Made by a program: the position numbers and the translations under genes. A stretch of 64,000 nt of DNA, taken from contig CALXNP010000001.1 of NCBI GenBank assembly GCA_944389785.1, positions 5,270 to 69,269 on the forward strand, in the 5' to 3' direction. Of the stretch, positions 8,687-18,441 are shown one piece after another. The DNA comes from an uncultured Anaerobiospirillum sp. (lineage in GTDB: Bacteria > Pseudomonadota > Gammaproteobacteria > Enterobacterales > Succinivibrionaceae). Under the pieces are notes generated by a model. The model ran no database searches, was not told where the DNA came from, and worked only from the letters and a program-made list of their open reading frames with translations. How positions within the stretch are numbered: the first letter of the stretch is position 1; every line of letters begins with the position of its first letter.

Positions 8687-11600
8687 TCAATCAAAGTCAA
8701 AGCTATACACTATATCTACAGCTTGATTAACAGATGATATGAACTCTACGTATAAAGAACGCACTAATTCATACCTTAATTTAAACTCACCTACAGCTGA
8801 AAAAATTCCATAACCATAAGAAATTTTTATTTTACGGCTTATATTACTCTCAAGAGCAAGCTGTGTATCATCACCACTGCCTTGAGTATTAAATTGTACG
8901 CCATTAATACCTATAGCCTGTACAAAACTATTAACTAAACTTGTAGTTGAGCCAAGGCCTAGATTTAATAATAAATTAGTATTATTAGCATCTTGAGCTG
9001 TAGCTCTATTATCTAAACCATAACCATAAAGTATATATGAAAGTATTTCATTTTGCGACATAGGAGGATTAGAAAAGAATTTGATATTAGGTTTAGTAGC
9101 AAGACCATTTAATTGCACACCTACTATTACATCATCATCTAAATCATTTTTATCGACTACAACTTCAGCATCTAAAATAGGATTAGTAATGTCTCCATTA
9201 AAATTAGTGTTGGCTCGATTAACAATAAAATTATGTCCATATAAATTAGCTACCCCATCTTCTAAATAAATTCTGCCTTTACCATTTACCACTCTATCAT
9301 CTAATTCTTTTAAAACTAATAAAGAACCTCTAACTTTAGCTTTAAGTCCCATAGCATCAAGATCTATTGCATCACCTAGTGCTATATTTAAATTAATTTT
9401 AGAATTAAAAGCACTATTTTTTGGTGTATTATCTAAAGCTAAAAGACCTGCATTTGATACTAAAACCTCATCACTTGAAGTACTTACATAGCTATCTGCA
9501 ATGCTTCTAACTTTAATACTAGCACTATCAATATTAACATCACCATTAATATCTAAATAATCATCTAGCAAATTAATATTTGTATCAAAAGAGGTAAAAG
9601 CACGTCCATAACCTGCTAAGAATACAGGTGTATTATTAGTTTTAATATTGATGATGCCATTAGCGCCACGCTCCCAATTTAAATCACCTAAAATATTAAT
9701 ATCTGACTTATTTAAGCTTACTACTCCAAAAACTGCAGCTTTATTACCTTTAGGCTCAATATTTAAATCAAAATGCTCAACACTGCCAATACCATAACGA
9801 GGCTCTAAAGAACCTTTAGTTACTATAGAGCCATAGATTAGAGGGTTAGTTAAACTACCGCCTAAATCTGCATCAAGATTTAAACTGCCCTCTATACTAT
9901 TTAAACTATCTTTTAGCAAAAAGCTAAGCACTGATAAATTAAAATCATTTAACTTTAAATTGCCACGCAATCTTTTTTGTGTAGATAAATTATCTATATA
10001 TAATTTTGAATTTAAAGCTCCTTGCTTACGTTTTAATAAAATTTGTGTATTAAGAGCTAAATTATCATTATTTAAATTGAGATCTACAGCTAAATTATCA
10101 AAAGCTATAGGTAATATCAAACTTCTAAATGCAATATCATGCCCTTGAATATTAGCTTTAATTTGACGTTTTAAAGGATTAGTATCTACATCAAGCTTAA
10201 GATCTACACTGCCATACATATTTAGAGCAGCTAAATTTTTATCTAAATCCTCAAAATGTTTTATATTAAGGTTAAATACACTTAATTTTGTTTGTAATGC
10301 ACCTTGCACATAATCAAGTTTTTCAACATTGGCTTTAGCCAATTTACCATCTAAAAGTATAGGATCTAAATGAAAACTTTGAGCTTTAGCATCATAAACT
10401 AAATTAGTATGCTGCTGCATAGACAAATTGCCATTTTTTTGATTTTCAATAAAGAACTCAATAATATTACCTTGGTACAATAACTTATTTAAATCAAATC
10501 CACCTTTAAAGCTTATAAAAAATGAGTTTACACCACCACAGCCGCTTTGAAATTTATGATCAGATAAAGAACCTGTCAATTCTATAATACAACGTTTTGA
10601 TGGCAGCAATTTTTCATTAAAAATAACCGTATTAGCAAATGAGGTTAAATTAAAGCTAATATTTTCACTATTATAATTAGCATTAAATACAATATCATTT
10701 ATCTTAGTACCAAAAGCCTCAATATTAGTTGAATTAGCCTTAACATCTAAAGCATAATCACTAAAATTACCCATAAACTTTATAGAAGCTAGCAAAGGTC
10801 CACGTAAATTAGCATAAATATTTTTCAAATTATTAATATGTATACTAGCATTTAACCCTGTATTAGTAAGACTATCACCTTTAATAACAATTAAATTTTT
10901 TCTTTGTTTTAACTCAAGCAATTTTAGTTGTATATGCTCTTTACTATCTAAATATAATTCATCAATAGTAGCAGTTGCTTTATGATTATTTAAATTAAAA
11001 TCAGCTGTAAGATTTGGAATTTTAACAATATAATCTGTTTGTGTTAATTGCATATTAAGCTTAGTATTAAGCTTTAATGCACCTTTGAGTATAGGGTTAA
11101 TAAAATTAGCATCAGATAAGCTAAGTTCAATATCATCATCTAAACTTATTTGATCTTTAAAATTAAGCTTTGCTTTAGAGTTTAAAGCAACATTACTATT
11201 TTGATACTTACCTTTAATATTTAATTTATTTAAATTTAAACTCTCAAAAGAACACAAGCCATTAGCATCTATAGCAAAATTATCAAAACCATAGCCTGTA
11301 AATTTAGTTAAAATTTTAAAATCTATACTATGACTTAGCTGTCCCTCAATGTCAGCTGCTAATTTACTTAAGCTAAAGTTTTTTTGCTTACTATGCAAAG
11401 GATAGGCAAAATTATCAGCATTGATATTAGCTTTAATATAAAAATTAGGATCAAGTGGTCTAATATGTACAGCAGCATTTAATTTATTATCAGTAGTAGA
11501 ATCTAAATTTAATTTTAAATCAAGCAAATCGCCTTCTGCAGTAAGTTTTAATTTTTGATCATAAAAAAAACCATCATAAGTATTTTGTGCTTTATATGTA

Positions 11601-12511
11601 TTCTTTCCTGTTACATTAAGCATAAAATTAAGCTTATAAAAGTCTTTAAAAATCATATCTCCTTTTAAATCTAAAGCTAAAACATCATTATCTGCTATAA
11701 GTTTTAATACATTAAGCTTATCACCATTAAATAAAGCACTGAGCATCAAATTACTAACATCACTATCAAAAGCTTGCATTTGATAACGTACTTTTTGTGC
11801 ATTAAAATTTAAAATACCTACATTAAGCGGTAACACTACATTAAATAAAGGCTCTAAACTTAAACGTAAATCTTCTGTTTTTACTTGCTGAGACTCTATA
11901 TCTTTAGGCTTTGTAGGTGTAATTGTTGTAGTTTTACTTTCTTGTTCTTTTAAATGTACATAAACACCTAAAGTATCACCTTCATGTATAAAAGCAGCAT
12001 TTTTATAAGCACTTAAACGAGCATTAAACCTATTTACATATACATCAACAATATCACTGTTGTAAGCAAAATTTGAAGCTTGCAAGGCTTTAATTTGAAT
12101 ATTGATAGGAAAATTTATTTTAGTATTTTGAGATTCTTGTGGTGAAGGCTGTGTTTTGCTATTTGAACTTAATAACTGTACACGCAGATTATTAGTTTCA
12201 AGCTTATCGACAAGTAAAGCATTTTTAATTAGTACATCAAAAATTGAATAATTAAGTTTTATGTAATCAGAACTTACAGTGACAATATCAAAGACTTCTA
12301 ATCTAAAATTTTTTATGGTCAAACCATAAGCTAAAGATCCATCATTAATATCTGCGTCTATATTAAGTACATTATCTGCTAAACCATTAACTCTATTTAC
12401 AATAAATTTAGCCCCTGATGTAGTAAAACAAAGATAAGTTATTGTGCTAAATATAATAACTAACACAATAGCTAAGACATACGATGTTCTTTTTATAATT
12501 AGCTTAGCCAT
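8687..12511 (-). CDS. tamB: translocation and assembly module subunit TamB (DUF490 family)
   Basis: 1274 aa with an N-terminal signal anchor and a long Asn/Leu-rich beta-type body. The C-terminus is DUF490-like (...GYGIFSAVGEFKLRYELVRSLYVEFISS...VYSFDFD). Its start codon abuts the tamA stop (12511/12512). Confidence 0.82.
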   Translation of the reverse strand: MAKLIIKRTSYVLAIVLVIIFSTITYLCFTTSGAKFIVNRVNGLADNVLNIDADINDGSLAYGLTIKNFRLEVFDIVTVSSDYIKLNYSIFDVLIKNALLVDKLETNNLRVQLLSSNSKTQPSPQESQNTKINFPINIQIKALQASNFAYNSDIVDVYVNRFNARLSAYKNAAFIHEGDTLGVYVHLKEQESKTTTITPTKPKDIESQQVKTEDLRLSLEPLFNVVLPLNVGILNFNAQKVRYQMQAFDSDVSNLMLSALFNGDKLNVLKLIADNDVLALDLKGDMIFKDFYKLNFMLNVTGKNTYKAQNTYDGFFYDQKLKLTAEGDLLDLKLNLDSTTDNKLNAAVHIRPLDPNFYIKANINADNFAYPLHSKQKNFSLSKLAADIEGQLSHSIDFKILTKFTGYGFDNFAIDANGLCSFESLNLNKLNIKGKYQNSNVALNSKAKLNFKDQISLDDDIELSLSDANFINPILKGALKLNTKLNMQLTQTDYIVKIPNLTADFNLNNHKATATIDELYLDSKEHIQLKLLELKQRKNLIVIKGDSLTNTGLNASIHINNLKNIYANLRGPLLASIKFMGNFSDYALDVKANSTNIEAFGTKINDIVFNANYNSENISFNLTSFANTVIFNEKLLPSKRCIIELTGSLSDHKFQSGCGGVNSFFISFKGGFDLNKLLYQGNIIEFFIENQKNGNLSMQQHTNLVYDAKAQSFHLDPILLDGKLAKANVEKLDYVQGALQTKLSVFNLNIKHFEDLDKNLAALNMYGSVDLKLDVDTNPLKRQIKANIQGHDIAFRSLILPIAFDNLAVDLNLNNDNLALNTQILLKRKQGALNSKLYIDNLSTQKRLRGNLKLNDFNLSVLSFLLKDSLNSIEGSLNLDADLGGSLTNPLIYGSIVTKGSLEPRYGIGSVEHFDLNIEPKGNKAAVFGVVSLNKSDINILGDLNWERGANGIINIKTNNTPVFLAGYGRAFTSFDTNINLLDDYLDINGDVNIDSASIKVRSIADSYVSTSSDEVLVSNAGLLALDNTPKNSAFNSKINLNIALGDAIDLDAMGLKAKVRGSLLVLKELDDRVVNGKGRIYLEDGVANLYGHNFIVNRANTNFNGDITNPILDAEVVVDKNDLDDDVIVGVQLNGLATKPNIKFFSNPPMSQNEILSYILYGYGLDNRATAQDANNTNLLLNLGLGSTTSLVNSFVQAIGINGVQFNTQGSGDDTQLALESNISRKIKISYGYGIFSAVGEFKLRYELVRSLYVEFISSVNQAVDIVYSFDFD

Positions 12512-14305
12512 TTACAGCTCCGGACCAAAGGCAAAATGTAAACGTATCTTAGTTGGATCTTTATCGATACCAAAGCCTAAATCTACTTTTAATACACCAT
12601 ATCTTGAAATAAAGCGATAACCAAAACCTGGGCCTAATAAAATATCATTAGCCTTACTATAATCATCTGTAGCAATACCAGCATCCATAAATAAAGCAAG
12701 ACGTGAATTATCTATACCTATTGGGAATTGATATTCAAGACTTGCAGAACTTTTATACCGTGCTCCTTTTAAGCTATTATCAGAAAAACGTTCTGACTCA
12801 TCTAAATAACCATAACCACGTATAGAGTTATCACCACCTACAAAAAAACGTAAGGATGGAGGCACATTCAATGCATCGGGTCCTAAAATAGCACCTTGAG
12901 TAAAACGCGTTATTAATCTAGTATTAGCTGTGGGACTTAAAATTGACTTTAAACTAGTTTCAATACGTAAAAAGCTATGATCAGAAAAAAGCTTACTTGC
13001 ACCTTTTACGTCTAAATTAAAGCTAATGCCTGATTTAGGATCAAAACCTCGTGAAGTTTCAATACGTGAAAGACTAAAACCTGGCATAATATCAAAACTA
13101 TAACCATCCTCTATGCCTTGTTTATAATCCTCATAATTAGCACTGATATAATAATCTCTACGCCAACTGCCTGTATTATTAGCTACATAATGCACACTAA
13201 AATTTGAAATATCTGATAGTGTATCATTAAGATCATTATGTTCTTGTGAAAGTTTTAAATAATAATAATCTAAATTTGGGTCACGCCTTGGAATCTTATA
13301 CATAAGTTGAGCATTTTGCTGCACCATAGAAACATTAGAAATTAAAGATAAAGAGTGACCATATTTATTTAATAAAGGTTTTTGCCAATCAAAAATTAAA
13401 CGCAATCCCTCATCTGTAGAAAAACCTGCACCTAAGCGCATTAAATTGTTAGGCTTACGTTCTAAATTAACATCTACAGGAATATGATAGTTATCAGCTT
13501 TTTTAGGATCTGCACTAACATCAACTACAGCATAATAATTAGTATTGCTAAGAGAGTTAATAAATCTATTAAGCTTTGTTGTTGAATAATTATCACCATC
13601 TTTAATATTAACTAAGCCTAAAGATGGGTATAAAAGCTCACTAGATTTATCGTCTGCTACAATTTTACCAAACTTATATCTAATGCCTGTATCAAAATAC
13701 AAAACTATATCTGCAATATTTTGTCCCTCATAGACATAAATATTTGATCTAATAAATTTGGCATCAAAAAAACCTAAAGCTAAAGCTCTTATCTGCAGCT
13801 TATTTTTTAAATCCTCATATAACCCATGATTTAAAATTTTATAAGGACCTAAATTACTATTCTTAATAATGTTAGCAAAAGAGCGCAAATTAGCTCCCTC
13901 ACCTAAAATAGCAACATCAAAATTCTTAATAAATAAAGCTTTACCCTTATCAACATTAACCACTAAAGTATGAGTACTGTCACTTAATTTAGGTACTTTT
14001 AACTCAATTTTAGGCTGATAATAGCCCATCGCTTTTAAAGCTTTAGTTGCACCATCTATAATATCTCGTCGAAATAATCGAACCTTTGAAGCATCAATAG
14101 CAGGACTTGAATTTAAATAATTTAAAACATTACTATACAGAGGACCATCAATACCCTCTATTTTATAATTAATCTTTGCCTCTGATGCCACAGGCTCAAG
14201 TTCATCTTTAGAACTACAAGAGCTTAAAAGCCATAAAGTTATACAGCTTACTAATAAATTTAATAGTTTATATTTTATGCTGTGAGTAAAATTGAGCTGT
14301 TTCAC
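12512..14305 (-). CDS. tamA: Omp85-family outer membrane protein TamA
   Basis: Signal/lipobox-like N-terminus (LLSSCSS), a POTRA-like region, and an Omp85 barrel with FFVGGDNSIRGYGY and a terminal ...RLHFAFGPEL. Translationally adjacent to tamB. Confidence 0.85.
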   Translation of the reverse strand: MKQLNFTHSIKYKLLNLLVSCITLWLLSSCSSKDELEPVASEAKINYKIEGIDGPLYSNVLNYLNSSPAIDASKVRLFRRDIIDGATKALKAMGYYQPKIELKVPKLSDSTHTLVVNVDKGKALFIKNFDVAILGEGANLRSFANIIKNSNLGPYKILNHGLYEDLKNKLQIRALALGFFDAKFIRSNIYVYEGQNIADIVLYFDTGIRYKFGKIVADDKSSELLYPSLGLVNIKDGDNYSTTKLNRFINSLSNTNYYAVVDVSADPKKADNYHIPVDVNLERKPNNLMRLGAGFSTDEGLRLIFDWQKPLLNKYGHSLSLISNVSMVQQNAQLMYKIPRRDPNLDYYYLKLSQEHNDLNDTLSDISNFSVHYVANNTGSWRRDYYISANYEDYKQGIEDGYSFDIMPGFSLSRIETSRGFDPKSGISFNLDVKGASKLFSDHSFLRIETSLKSILSPTANTRLITRFTQGAILGPDALNVPPSLRFFVGGDNSIRGYGYLDESERFSDNSLKGARYKSSASLEYQFPIGIDNSRLALFMDAGIATDDYSKANDILLGPGFGYRFISRYGVLKVDLGFGIDKDPTKIRLHFAFGPEL

Positions 14306-14550
14306 AATATACCTTTAATTTGCTTATAAACTCTAAGCTTAAACTTTTATTTAATCACTACCCATCACTATAATATAGCACTAAAAAAACAAATCAAGTA
14401 CTTAACTTTTATTTGTATATGCAGGCAAAATTAAAATTACTTTTTAAACTCAGCTTATAATGTAAGACAATGCACAACTATATCTACTATGCTAAAATTA
14501 GTTATACCTATTTTTAAGATTTGAAACTACTTGTATTTACTGAGGTTATT

Positions 14551-14841
14551 ATGAAATTTATAGCAGCTACAAGTCATCTATTTTTGAATAATGAATTTAG
14601 ACAAAACTTTGAAGCATGCATAAGTCTTCTAATTAAAGAAAAGGGGCATGATCAAAGTCATATAGATTTTATGCTTGAGCACTATAAACAAGATTACACA
14701 GAATATTTAGTACCTGATAAAATAAGTGCTAGTAAATTAGCTAGTTTTTATTTTGCTAAAAATGAAGACTATCTTGAAAATCATTTTTTTGATGAAATTG
14801 ATCAAGATCTTTTTGAAGTTACAGCAAGAGGACACGATTAA
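14551..14841 (+). CDS. hypothetical protein (96 aa)
   Basis: ATG at 14551 is preceded by GAGG (14542-14545). The track start at 14521 is TTG. No family recognised. Confidence 0.4.
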   Translation: MKFIAATSHLFLNNEFRQNFEACISLLIKEKGHDQSHIDFMLEHYKQDYTEYLVPDKISASKLASFYFAKNEDYLENHFFDEIDQDLFEVTARGHD

Positions 14842-14991
14842 AAATAAATATAGATTTTTAATCTAAAACATTAATCTTTACATTAAATTTATATAAAATT
14901 ATATATGCCCTAAATTGGAGCTTTTTTATGAAAGGTCTTTTATATTTTGTAAAAATATTATATGCTATATTAAAAATATAGGAGATTTTTG

Positions 14992-15039
14992 ATGACTAGA
15001 TTTACTCTAATAACAAAGTTATGGTGGAACCTCGCATAA
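14992..15039 (+). CDS. trpL: trp operon leader peptide (15 aa, tandem Trp codons)
   Basis: ATG ACT AGA TTT ACT CTA ATA ACA AAG TTA TGG TGG AAC CTC GCA TAA translates to MTRFTLITKLWWNLA. GGAG at 14981-14984 lies 7 nt upstream. The peptide is followed by alternative G/C-rich pairing segments and a terminator, all upstream of trpB. Confidence 0.72.
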   Translation: MTRFTLITKLWWNLA

Positions 15040-15100
15040 GGCGGGGCTTTGTTGTTTGTAGACATCAAAAATTAGAGACCCGCAGTAAGCGGGTTTTTTT
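15030..15100 (+). promoter_or_regulatory. trp attenuator RNA (pause hairpin, antiterminator and terminator alternatives)
   Basis: Segment 1 is CCTCGC (15030-15035), overlapping the last leader codons. Segment 2 is GCGGGG (15041-15046). Segment 3 is ACCCGC (15078-15083). Segment 4 is GCGGGT (15089-15094), followed by T7. Pairings 1:2, 2:3 and 3:4 are mutually exclusive. Confidence 0.7.
15078..15100 (+). terminator. attenuator terminator hairpin
   Basis: ACCCGC-agtaa-GCGGGT followed by TTTTTTT. These are the only G/C-rich stems in an otherwise AT-rich spacer. Confidence 0.78.
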
Positions 15101-15315
15101 ATATCTATACAATTTAAACTAACACATAGTACATATAGGAATAATCTCAGTATGAAGGTAACTAAATATATAAAATTTTACTTAATTAATCTTGGCTGCT
15201 TACGATGGCAAAGCTAAATTAACATATTGTATTAACCATACAAATTTAAATAGTTACATAAATTTCATTAATTGGGAAACTTATAATAAAAATCAAATAA
15301 ATAAAGGTTAAAATT

Positions 15316-16557
15316 ATGACAATACTAAATCCTTTTTTTGGTAAATTTGGTGGTATGTATGTACCTGAATTACTAGTACCAGCATTACTTGAGCTAGAGC
15401 AAGCTTATATTCAATTTACTCAAGATCAAAATTTACAACAAGAATACATAAGACTATTAAAAGAATATGCAGGTCGCCCTACCGCATTAACTCTCTGTCA
15501 AAATTTAACTTTAGGTACAAAAACTAAGATCTATTTAAAAAGAGAGGATTTATTACATGGTGGAGCACATAAAACTAATCAGGTAATAGGTCAAGCCCTA
15601 CTTGCACGTCTTATGGGTAAAAAGCGTGTTATAGCAGAAACAGGTGCAGGGCAACATGGTGTAGCTACTGCTTTAATCAGTGCATTAATGGGCTTTAAAT
15701 GTACTATTTATATGGGAGCTAAAGATGCTGCTCGTCAAAGACCTAATGTATTTAGAATGCGTCTTATGGGCGCTGATGTTATTGAAGTACAAGATGGTGC
15801 TTGCTCACTAAAAGAAGCATGTAATGCTGCTATTAGAGATTATGCACAAAATTTTGAAGACACTCACTATTTATTAGGCACAGCAGCAGGTCCCCATCCT
15901 TTTCCAACTATTGTTAGAGAGTTTCAAAAAGTTATAGGACAAGAAGCTCATCAACAAATTTTAGAGCGTGAGGGTAAAGAGCCTGATGCCGTAATTGCTT
16001 GTGTGGGTGGTGGTTCAAATGCTATTGGTATGTTTACTGACTTTTTAGAGACTAAAGTTCCTTTAATTGGTGTAGAGCCAGCAGGACATGGTCTTGATAC
16101 AAAAGAACATGGAGCTGTATTAAATCTAGGAACTGAAGGTATTTTCTTTGGAGCATATTCTTTAAATATGCAAACTAATGATGGTCAAATTGAAGAATCA
16201 TACTCTATCTCTGCTGGACTTGATTTTCCATCAATTGGCCCCCAACATGCTTATTTACAAGAAATTGGCAGAGTTAAATATGAAACAGCAACAGATGATG
16301 AAGCTCTTGAGGCTTTTGTCTTATTATCACAAAAAGAAGGTATTATTCCTGCTATGGAGTCATCTCATGCTCTAGCTTATGCTATTAAACTTGCTCGCAT
16401 GAATAAAGATAAAGAACAAGTTTTACTTGTAAATTTATCTGGCAGAGGTGATAAAGATATCTTTAATGTTGATAAAATTTTACATGAAAAAGGTTTATTT
16501 GATGCTAAGGGTCATATTTTAGTAGATAACATTAATCAAAATAAGCCTAAGGAGTAA
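15316..16557 (+). CDS. trpB: tryptophan synthase beta chain
   Basis: Highly conserved TrpB: PLP-lysine motif [26 protein letters not shown]. Confidence 0.96.
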   Translation: MTILNPFFGKFGGMYVPELLVPALLELEQAYIQFTQDQNLQQEYIRLLKEYAGRPTALTLCQNLTLGTKTKIYLKREDLLHGGAHKTNQVIGQALLARLMGKKRVIAETGAGQHGVATALISALMGFKCTIYMGAKDAARQRPNVFRMRLMGADVIEVQDGACSLKEACNAAIRDYAQNFEDTHYLLGTAAGPHPFPTIVREFQKVIGQEAHQQILEREGKEPDAVIACVGGGSNAIGMFTDFLETKVPLIGVEPAGHGLDTKEHGAVLNLGTEGIFFGAYSLNMQTNDGQIEESYSISAGLDFPSIGPQHAYLQEIGRVKYETATDDEALEAFVLLSQKEGIIPAMESSHALAYAIKLARMNKDKEQVLLVNLSGRGDKDIFNVDKILHEKGLFDAKGHILVDNINQNKPKE

Positions 16558-16561
16558 AAAA

Positions 16562-17344
16562 ATGACAAACAGATTTGATAGCTTATTTAAAAATTTACAG
16601 ACCAATAAACGCAAAGGTTTTATTGCTAGCTTAACTTTATGTGATCCAAATTATGACTTAAATCTTGAGATATTGAAAATACTAAGTCAAAAAGCAGATG
16701 CTTTAAGTTTAAATTTAGCTTTTAGTGATCCTTCTGCCTTAACTATAGATATTTTAGAATCTCAGCATCGAGCAATTGCAAACGGAGCTTCTGTTAATAA
16801 AAGTTTTGCTTTAATTAAAGTTTTACGTCGTGAATTTGATTTACCTATAATCCTAAATGTTCATGCTAATATGGTTAAAGCTAGAGGTACACAACGTTTT
16901 TATCATGATGCCAAAGTAAGTGGTGTAGATGCTATATTCTTAGTAGATGTTCCATGTCAAATGTTATCTCAATCTGAAGACTTTGCTCAAACTGCACATA
17001 ATGAAAATTTAGATATTGTTTTAAATCTACCTTTTGCAAGTACACAAAAAATGCTGCAAGATATCTACAGCAAAGCTAATATTGTACAAATAGATAGATT
17101 AAATGTAGCTAAACTTGACAATAAGTCTTTAGAGCTTGCTAAATTAAAGCCTCTATCTTGCCATGTAATTGAAACTGTAGATGGTGATACCTTAAATACT
17201 GATTTAACTATTGAGGATCCTATTTTGGCACTTGTCATTCACTCAAGCTTCGATAGATTAATTAAAAAGTATGCAAGCAATCAAGCACAACTACTTGAAC
17301 AAATTGACAAACTAGCAGCAAATTATAGAAATTATCTAAAATAA
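16562..17344 (+). CDS. trpA: tryptophan synthase alpha chain homologue (divergent, catalytic motifs not conserved)
   Basis: Colinear with E. coli TrpA (RFDSLF, GFIASLTLCDP, ADALSLNLAFSDP, GVDAIFLVDVP) and located 4 nt after trpB. The positions of the catalytic Glu and Asp and the Gly-rich phosphate loops are substituted (see findings). Confidence 0.8.
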   Translation: MTNRFDSLFKNLQTNKRKGFIASLTLCDPNYDLNLEILKILSQKADALSLNLAFSDPSALTIDILESQHRAIANGASVNKSFALIKVLRREFDLPIILNVHANMVKARGTQRFYHDAKVSGVDAIFLVDVPCQMLSQSEDFAQTAHNENLDIVLNLPFASTQKMLQDIYSKANIVQIDRLNVAKLDNKSLELAKLKPLSCHVIETVDGDTLNTDLTIEDPILALVIHSSFDRLIKKYASNQAQLLEQIDKLAANYRNYLK

Positions 17345-17352
17345 ACCAAATA

Positions 17353-17377
17353 AAAGCCTCTATCTGAGGCTTTTTTC
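17353..17377 (+). terminator. rho-independent terminator after trpA
   Basis: AAAGCCTC (17353-17360) pairs with GAGGCTTT (17366-17373), running into TTTTTT. Confidence 0.8.
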
Positions 17378-17398
17378 ATAATTTTTATCTCTATACTA

Positions 17399-18424
17399 TT
17401 AATCTTCAACAAAAATTTTATCATTTTTTAATTGAATAATAGTTCTAACAATCAAATAATAAATAACTATATTCAACAAAACAAATACTATAGTATAAAA
17501 AATATTTGCTACATAAGTATATGGGGTTTGATTTAAAAAGAGTTTAACTACAGTTGATGTAGCAATACTAAAAGCTGCTAGAGGGAATGAAAAAGCCCAT
17601 GCAGACAAGAAAAAAGGAGCTTTAGCTAAACGCTTAAAATTTAACAACAATAGTAAAAAAATAAATACAGCCATAGAATATAAAGCTATAGCCATAAGAT
17701 CAATGCTATTTTGAGTAATTGCTAAATAGGATACAAAACCTACTGATGGTGGTGCTAATAAAATACATAACATTGGAGTAAGTTTTGCTGGTAATGGCTC
17801 ATGAAAAAACAATCTATATAAAATAATAGTAAATAATATTACCCAAAATATAAAACCAATACTAAAAAATGCACTAGCTGTCAGCACATGATTATATTGC
17901 ATAGCTGCTAATGGCACTATAATATTACCAACAACAGGAATAAACCAAGCAGGATTAGTACTTTCAATCTTATAATGTGAATGATTTAACCAACTATTGA
18001 ATGTGAATAAGGTTAAGGCAAAATGTAAAATACTACCTACAATAAAAATTGTATAAGCTAGCTTGTATAAAAATACTTGGGCAAAAATTAAATTGTGAGA
18101 TAAAAATAAAAACAAATTAGAAATTAAAATTAAAGAAACACTAATCGCAGCAAAAAAATTAAGCTTGATTGGATGTTTTAAATCCTTCTTAACCTCTTCT
18201 CTACAAGAAATTATCCTTAAAATTAATAATATTAATAAAACAGTAAATAAAATAATTACTAAAACTGAAAAACAAATACTAATATAGATTGTAATTTTAT
18301 CAAGGCTTTTTGGTAAGAGCATATGCCACGGGTTTTGTACCCAAGCTAAACAAAAACCACTTAAGCCCATAATAATGGCAAATAAAGCCATAGGAAAATG
18401 TACAACATATTTACTTTTACTCAT
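17399..18424 (-). CDS. TehA/Mae1 (TDT) family anion/dicarboxylate transporter
   Basis: 341 aa with about 10 TM segments and N-terminal FPMALFAIIMGLSGFCLAW, typical of TehA/SLAC1-type channels. Confidence 0.6.
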   Translation of the reverse strand: MSKSKYVVHFPMALFAIIMGLSGFCLAWVQNPWHMLLPKSLDKITIYISICFSVLVIILFTVLLILLILRIISCREEVKKDLKHPIKLNFFAAISVSLILISNLFLFLSHNLIFAQVFLYKLAYTIFIVGSILHFALTLFTFNSWLNHSHYKIESTNPAWFIPVVGNIIVPLAAMQYNHVLTASAFFSIGFIFWVILFTIILYRLFFHEPLPAKLTPMLCILLAPPSVGFVSYLAITQNSIDLMAIALYSMAVFIFLLLLLNFKRLAKAPFFLSAWAFSFPLAAFSIATSTVVKLFLNQTPYTYVANIFYTIVFVLLNIVIYYLIVRTIIQLKNDKIFVED

Positions 18425-18441
18425 ATTCTATCCTTTAGGAT

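Noticed and set aside
9081-10148. ORFs 9081-9269(+) and 9960-10148(+)
   Set aside because: Both lie entirely inside tamB on the opposite strand. They are short and have no recognisable features.
14928-14981. 17-codon mini-ORF MKGLLYFVKILYAILKI (GGAG at 14917-14920) just upstream of the trp leader
   Set aside because: It contains no Trp codons and has no associated RNA structure. In sequence this AT-rich, such an ORF plus a 4-nt Shine-Dalgarno match is expected by chance. It is kept only as a note.
15152-15217. 21-codon ORF MKVTKYIKFYLINLGCLRWQS between the attenuator terminator and trpB
   Set aside because: It has a single Trp codon, a weak and distant Shine-Dalgarno, and no downstream terminator alternative. 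That is not enough to call a second leader.
16178-16375. ORF 16178-16375(+)
   Set aside because: It is an alternative frame inside the highly conserved trpB.
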